NCBI RefSeq assembly: GCF_001194135.2
Contig: NC_068986.1
Span: 105,956,677-105,994,307 of the forward strand
Reading direction: 5' to 3'
Source of the DNA: Octopus bimaculoides
Taxonomy: Eukaryota
DNA: 37,631 nucleotides
The notes under the pieces: model-generated
Seen by the model: the letters and a program-made list of their open reading frames with translations, nothing else
Databases searched by the model: none
Told to the model about the DNA's origin: nothing
Shown here: one piece after another, positions 31,846 to 37,631 of the stretch
Layout of the letters: every line of letters begins with the position of its first letter
Position numbering within the stretch: the first letter of the stretch is position 1
Made by a program: the position numbers and the translations under genes

Positions 31846-32212
31846 NNNNNNNNNNNNNNNNNNNNNNNNNNNNNNNNNNNNNNNNNNNNNNNNNNNNNNN
31901 NNNNNNNNNNNNNNNNNNNNNNNNNNNNNNNNNNNNNNNNNNNNNNNNNNNNNNNNNNNNNNNNNNNNNNNNNNNNNNNNNNNNNNNNNNNNNNNNNNNN
32001 NNNNNNNNNNNNNNNNNNNNNNNNNNNNNNNNNNNNNNNNNNNNNNNNNNNNNNNNNNNNNNNNNNNNNNNNNNNNNNNNNNNNNNNNNNNNNNNNNNNN
32101 NNNNNNNNNNNNNNNNNNNNNNNNNNNNNNNNNNNNNNNNNNNNNNNNNNNNNNNNNNNNNNNNNNNNNNNNNNNNNNNNNNNNNNNNNNNNNNNNNNNN
32201 NNNNNNNNNNNN
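31846..32212. other. Assembly gap
   Basis: N run between (TA)n tracts. Confidence 1.
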
Positions 32213-32277
32213 ATATATATATCCTTCTCTCTTTCTCGGAGAGGCACAAGCACATACACAGACATTTACACACGCGA

Positions 32278-32397
32278 CAGTAACTTCCGCCTACCAAATT
32301 CAATCATAAAGCTTCGGTCGGCCCGGGTCTATAGCAGAAGACACTTGCCCAAGGTGTCATGCGGTGGGACCGAACCCGAAACCATGTAGCTGGGAAG

Positions 32398-32400
<3 letters not shown>
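32278..32400 (-). mobile_element. SINE family A 5' fragment
   Basis: CTACCAAATTC...GGTCGGCCCGGGTCTATAGCAGAAGACACTTGCCCAAGGTG. Confidence 0.8.
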
Positions 32401-32444
<44 letters not shown>

Positions 32445-33404
32445 GACTCATCCATCCATGCGCTCATACATACATACATGCATACATATATACATACGTA
32501 CATTCACGCATACATATACGTGTGCTTGTGTGTGTATGCGTGTGTGTTGTGTCAGTCTGTACGCGCACGTATGAAATATATTAGATAGAAGTATAGGGTG
32601 GCAGTGACATAGAAGTTCCACCGGTATTGACGCAAAATAAGATAACAATTTTCATTCTTTGTTTAGATCTCTGATTAAGAGGAACTGTTTTCGATTTCAA
32701 GACTAATATTGCTTCTTCGATGCAATCATATTTCGCGCTGTGATTAAAAATAAAATTAATTATAGAATTCTTCCACTCAAAATAGTGTATTTTATTCTGG
32801 TAAATTTCCAACCGAATTTTATTTATTCAATTTATGAAATCCACAATATATGGTAACAAGAAGTCGTTCGGTAGAATTGCCGGCTGTTAAGTCCGTTTAG
32901 TTCATTGAATCAACTAGTTGATTGAACTTTAATCTATTTCTGTACTCCTGTTTGTTTAGCTCCATGTCTGCAAAGATTGAGTAAATCTATGATTAATAAC
33001 GACTATTCTATTGTTTTAGTATATAGCCCGTACTGTCCAATGAAATACATTTAGTTATTTGGTTCTAGCTGGTTAGTTGGCCGCGTTTAGGCTTCTGTGT
33101 ACAACTGTGAATTCAGATGGTGTCTACAGCGATGTGGGGTAAGGTACACTAGATCAGAAGCGACTGACATTTACTATTTCTCAGTAGTTGTTAATATATA
33201 TCCCAGTATAACACTTAGTGTTAAAACTGTTTGCAAGAGCAAAATGAAGTTTCTGCATAGGAACGTTAAAATGAGGGAGGACATTGCTGGTGTCCACTTC
33301 CACAAGATACAGGAATTAGAAAAGGGTTTAGAAAGACGAGAGGGAAGGCTGAGAATTACTGAAGAACAAAAACATTCGTCGAAAACAAAAAAAAAAAAAA
33401 CATC

Positions 33405-33795
33405 GGCGCAGGAGTGGTTGTGTGGTAAGTAGCTTGCTTACCAACCACATGGTTCTGGGTTCATTCCCACTGCGTGGCACCTTGGGCAAGTGTCTTCTAC
33501 TATAGCCTCGTGCTGACCAAAGCCTTGTGAATGGATTTGGTAGGTGGAAACTGAAAGAAGCCCGTCGTATATGTGTATATGTATATGCGTGTGTGTGTAT
33601 ATGTTTGTGTGTCTGTGCTTGTCGTATGTCCCCGTAACTTAGCGGTTCGGCAAAAAGAGTCCGATAGAATAAGTACTAAGCTTACAAAGAATAAGTTCTG
33701 GGGTAGATTTGCTCGATTAAAGGTGTTGCTCCAGCATGGCCGCAGTCAAATGACTGAAACAAGTAAAGAAAGAAAGAAAGAAAGAAAGAATGAAA
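33405..33795 (+). mobile_element. SINE family A, full length, (GAAA)n tail
   Basis: GGCGCAGGAGTGGTTGTGTGGTAAG...GGTTCTGGGTTCATTCCC (B-box-like)...GAAACAAGTAAAGAAAGAAAG. Confidence 0.93.
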
Positions 33796-34282
33796 GTTCC
33801 AAAGTGAAGTCGATGCTATTTATCCGAAAACTGTATACTGCTTTACATGTTTTGGTGATACAATATCGAATGGTAGGCATATTGATACTGAGATACAAAA
33901 AAGATGGCAAAAGAAAGCGTGGCAATCAGACGACCGCGTCTACAACCAAAAAGCATTGATATTGTTTTCATCAGAATCAAGTGCAGTATTTAGAGAGCAG
34001 TCGTCCTCACCTTGCTTTCGTACGTTTCCTAAACCTAGGCAGTGCATAGGAGTCAGATGAAAAACCTTCGTACCTTCATGATAAGACATCTACATTCATA
34101 GGCAAAAATTTCGCAGAAAAAAGTATTTTTCCAAACAATGGGATACTAAAATGAACAAGACTGCCAAATAGGAAGCACGTACGGTAGACGTGGGCAAAAA
34201 ACGTAGTTGCTCGCTTCCGCTACAGGATCACAGAAGTGAAAATAAACGAGATATAACCTTAATATCATAGATATGTATGCCA

Positions 34283-34495
34283 AGGCGGTGAGCTGGCAGA
34301 ATCGCGAGCACTCCAGGTAACATGATTAGCGGCGTTTCGTCCGTCCTTATGATCTGAGTTCAAATTCTACCGAGGTCGACTTTACCCTTCATCCTTTCGG
34401 GGTCGATAAAATGAGTACTAGTTGAGCACTGAAGGTCGATGTAATCGACTTACCTCCTTCTCGGAACTTACCAGCTGAGCGGCAAAATTTTGACG
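34283..34495 (+). mobile_element. SINE family B
   Basis: GGCGGTGAGCTGGCAGAATCG...CCTTCATCCTTTCGGGGTCGATAAAATGAGTAC. Confidence 0.88.
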
Positions 34496-34650
34496 TCAAT
34501 ATTATGATAGGGGTACGTGGTTAAATAAATGAAAGAACAGACAAGATTGCTAGCAATCAACAACAATAGCAGAACAATAACCAACAAATATTCCAATGCA
34601 TTAATATAGACTATAGCTTTGTAAACTTGTTAATAATACATTCTACTATA

Positions 34651-34759
34651 GCCCGAGGCTATAGTAGAAGACACTTGCTCAAGGTGCCACGCAGTGGGAC
34701 TGAACCCAGAACGATGTGGTTGGTAAGCAAGCTACTTACCACACAGCCACTCCTGCGCC
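34651..34759 (-). mobile_element. SINE family A 5' fragment ending in a fold-back hairpin
   Basis: GCCCGAGGCTATAGTAGAAGACACTTGCTCAAGGTGCC...CAGCCACTCCTGCGCC. Confidence 0.88.
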
Positions 34760-35290
34760 TATGTCTACATTTTTCTTCAGACAAAGTATATCTAGAACTA
34801 CATTTTCGAAAGTGTCCTTCCTGTTTAAGGACGTTAAAATGTGGTTTGAATGAGATTTGGTTGCTATTTCAAGCAGATCGTGTAACAACGTAAAAGCTTC
34901 TCTCATTGGCTCGCGTCAGAAGGTGAACGTAGTTTTTGTGAAAACTGTGTATTCTATTTGTGATGAAATAATCACAAGTTGAATAATGTGTTATCTCATC
35001 AACCACCAACAACAATGTTGCTAATGGATGATTAATGGACATATCATTCACAATCAGTAAAAGTGGAGTGACTGCAAACGATACATCCATTAGTCATTCT
35101 CCTCCTAGTGTTATAATTGTCATTGCTTATCAGCCCTCTAATCTGTCATACAGCAGAGGGAAAGCTATTGCCTCCAGCTCTTTTGGATGGTAAATATACG
35201 TAAATTTCCCCTCATTAATAAACAAAACCCGGTTCATTAAAACGTGGGTGAGCAACCCTTTACGTACGGTGGAAATTTAGTCCCCATTGT

Positions 35291-35912
35291 AGGAGCAGGG
35301 GTGGCTGTTCTGCAAGATGTTTGCTTTCTAACGACTGCTTCTGGGTTCAGCTCCAGTATGTGACATCTTGGGCAACTGTCTTTTATTACAGCCTCGGGCC
35401 GACCAAAACCTTTTGACTGATGGAAAATGAAAAAAAGCCCACTGTATATATGTATATATATGTATTTGTTTGTGTGTGTGTGCGTGTATACCTATGTGTG
35501 TGTGCGTGTATACTTATGTGTGTGTGCGTGTATACCTATGTGTGTGTGCGTGTATACTTATGTGTGTGTGCGTGTATACCTATGTGTGTGTGCGTCTGTA
35601 AGTGTTTATGAGCAGGTGTGTGTGTGTATGTGCGAGCGTGCGTGCATGTGTGTGTGTTAGTGTGTGTATCTTTGTGTCCGTGTTTGTCCGCTACCACTGC
35701 TTAACAATCGGTGTTGATGTGGTTACGCCCCTGTAACTTAACGGTTCAACAAAAGAGACCAATAAACTAAGTACCAGGCTTAAAAGACAACAACAACAAC
35801 AATAACAACAACAACAAAATTACTGAGGTCGATTCATTTGACTAAAACTTCTTCAAGGCAGTACTCCAGCATGGCCGCAGTCTAATGACTGATACAAGTA
35901 AATGAATAAAAG
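35291..35912 (+). mobile_element. SINE family A, diverged, with expanded internal GT-rich minisatellite and (CAA)n
   Basis: Diverged head, TTGGGCAACTGTCTT, CAGCCTCGGGCCGACCAAA, tail CTCCAGCATGGCCGCAGTCTAATGACTG. Confidence 0.82.
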
Positions 35913-36269
35913 AAGTGATAAAAGATTCAAATTTGAAACTGTGCATTAGCAAAGTCCTTAAAAACCAATGGGAAACGATAATCAAAGTAGGAAACTTCTG
36001 AACGTCTAGATTCAAAGAGATAAAATTTTACTTGGAACAAATGTGCTGCCACATATTTTTATGCATTTAAAATTCACTCCGCGTTGAAAAGACCACCGCT
36101 TCTGCATTTAAATATTATATTGTCTATTGTTAGCAACGAATGCATCCTCAAATGAGTATGTTTTTAATTACAAACACTGGTCTACTTTGAGTGGGATAAT
36201 TCTGTCATGTTTAAAAGATTAGGAACGGAACTGTGTTGTTAAGGCAGGCGTCGTATGACCGAATTGAAG

Positions 36270-37100
36270 AATTCAAATAGAAATAGAAAATGGAATAATC
36301 CAAATAGAAAGACAAAATGGAAGAGTCAAAATACAAACAGAAAATGGAAGAATCTAAACAAGATAGCGGAAATGGCAGAATCCAGATACAAAGAGAAAAT
36401 GGAAGAATTTACGGAAAAGAAAGAAAATGGAAGAATTTACGGAAAAGAAAGAAAATGGAAGAATTTACAGAAAGAAGACAAAATGGAAGAATACAAATAT
36501 GAAAAGAAAATTGAAGGAAGAATATGCAAAGACAAAATGGAAAAAATACAATGGAAAAATGGGTTAACTCAAAGAGAAAAAAATGGAACATTCCAAGCGA
36601 AAAGAGAAAATGGAAGATTCCAAACGAAAAGAGAAAATAGAAGAATCCAAACGAAAAGAGAAAATGGAAGAATCCAAATGCAAAATTTAGTTTAACCCAA
36701 TAACAAAGAAAGTTATTTGTAGAAGTCATATACTAAGTGAAAATAGAATAATCCAAATATAATGAGAAAAGTGAAGAATCCACTTGCAATTTGGAAATGG
36801 AATAATCTAAATATAAGATAAAATTGAAGAATCGAAAGATAGAGAAAATATAGAAGAATCCTTTAGATATATAGAAAGTGTAAGGCAGTAAATTTGAAAA
36901 GAAAATGGAAGATTCCAAATGCAAAGATAAAATTTTAGAATCCAAATGCAAAATAAAATGGAAGAAACCAAAATGGAAGAATCGAGATACAAAGAGAAAT
37001 GGAAAAATCCAACTTATAAACAAAAAAGGGAAGAATCGTTATAGATATAGACAAATGGGAGAATCCAAATATAAAGAGAGAACAGAAGAAAACCAAGTGA
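36270..37100. repeat. Degenerate purine-rich minisatellite, unit about 27-28 bp, core GAAAATGGAAGAAT(C/T)
   Basis: Near-exact adjacent units GAAAATGGAAGAATTTACGGAAAAGAAA (about 36394-36450) and AAAGAGAAAATGGAAGATTCCAAACGA (from 36601), with many decayed copies. Confidence 0.85.
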
Positions 37101-37318
37101 ATCCCGATACAATTAATTTTGTATTTATTTCAATGCGTTGATCACAGTGTGTTTATATTTTGAATAGTCGTGTGGATTGGATTAATTTTAAAGATTTGAA
37201 AGAAATTGTGTTAAAATTGACAGACATTCAATTCCTATCAAGCGAATCACACTTTGCATGTTGTTGGAGACGAGTATTTTCAAAATATGTTTTATATTGT
37301 GGTATTTATTTTGGTTGT

Positions 37319-37631
37319 GGAGGCGCAATGGCCCAGAGGTTAGGGCAGCGGACTCGCGGTCATAGGATCGCGGTTTCGATTCCCAGACCGGGTATTGTGT
37401 GTGTTTATTGAGCGAAAACACCTAAAGATCCACGAGGCTCCAGCAGGGGATGGTGGCGAACCCTGCTATACTCTTTCACCTCAACTTTCTCTCACTCTTA
37501 CTTCCTGTTTCTGTTGTGCCTGTAATTGAAAGGGTCAGCCTTGTCACACTGTGTCACGCTGAATCTCCCCGAGAACTACGTTAAGGGTACACGTGTCTGT
37601 GGAGTGCTCCCTTGATCGGATCAACTGAAAT
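37319..37631 (+). mobile_element. SINE family C, running to the window end
   Basis: GGAGGCGCAATGGCCCAGAGGTTAGGGCAGCGGACTCGCGGTCATAGGATCGCGGTTTCGATTCCC; short deletion near 37609 relative to the 15862 copy. Confidence 0.92.

Noticed and set aside
6117-32389. Long ORFs containing X runs (up to 323 aa)
   Set aside because: They span N gaps and (TA)n tracts; artefacts.
33110-34035. Further micro-exon candidates (plus strand near 33119-33140, minus strand near 34000-34023)
   Set aside because: Good-looking donors on both strands with no consistent gene model; cannot be told from chance without RNA data.
36255-37141. K/E/N-rich ORFs as a real protein
   Set aside because: Explained by the purine-rich minisatellite; several frames are open in short stretches and no domain is recognisable.
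37319-37395. tRNA-Arg gene (also the heads of SINE A, B and D)
   Set aside because: A- and B-box-like motifs are present, but I cannot fold an acceptor stem and the sequence continues into a SINE body.

Overview
This is eukaryotic, AT-rich DNA dominated by repeats. It has six N gaps, five of them bordered by (TA)n or (CA)n. The SINE set and microsatellite load look like an Octopus (cephalopod) genome; that is my recognition of the sequence, not a database result. I found no intact protein-coding gene, RNA gene, CRISPR array or prokaryotic system, and most ORFs in the supplied track are microsatellite, SINE or gap artefacts. Supported contents: (1) about 30 copies or fragments of four tRNA-derived SINE types (my labels A-D) that share and swap modules; (2) decayed non-LTR retrotransposon fragments (two CR1-type, one RTE, two R4/Dong-type); (3) two different Penelope-like GIY-YIG endonuclease fragments plus PLE-like termini; (4) an internally deleted mariner and an internally deleted DD37D (maT) Tc1/mariner element; (5) two copies of a Merlin-like MITE, each with a perfect 8-bp TSD and internal telomeric repeats; (6) several structured microsatellites and minisatellites. 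The most interesting signals are a near-textbook minimal hammerhead-ribozyme fold beside a perfect 58-bp palindrome (11.4-11.55 kb), the telomere-repeat MITE with a (CCCTAA)n/(TTAGGG)n palindrome, and (AAT)n-tailed R4/Dong-type insertions stacked in one microsatellite. Element boundaries are approximate (about +/-10 bp) unless a TIR or TSD is quoted.
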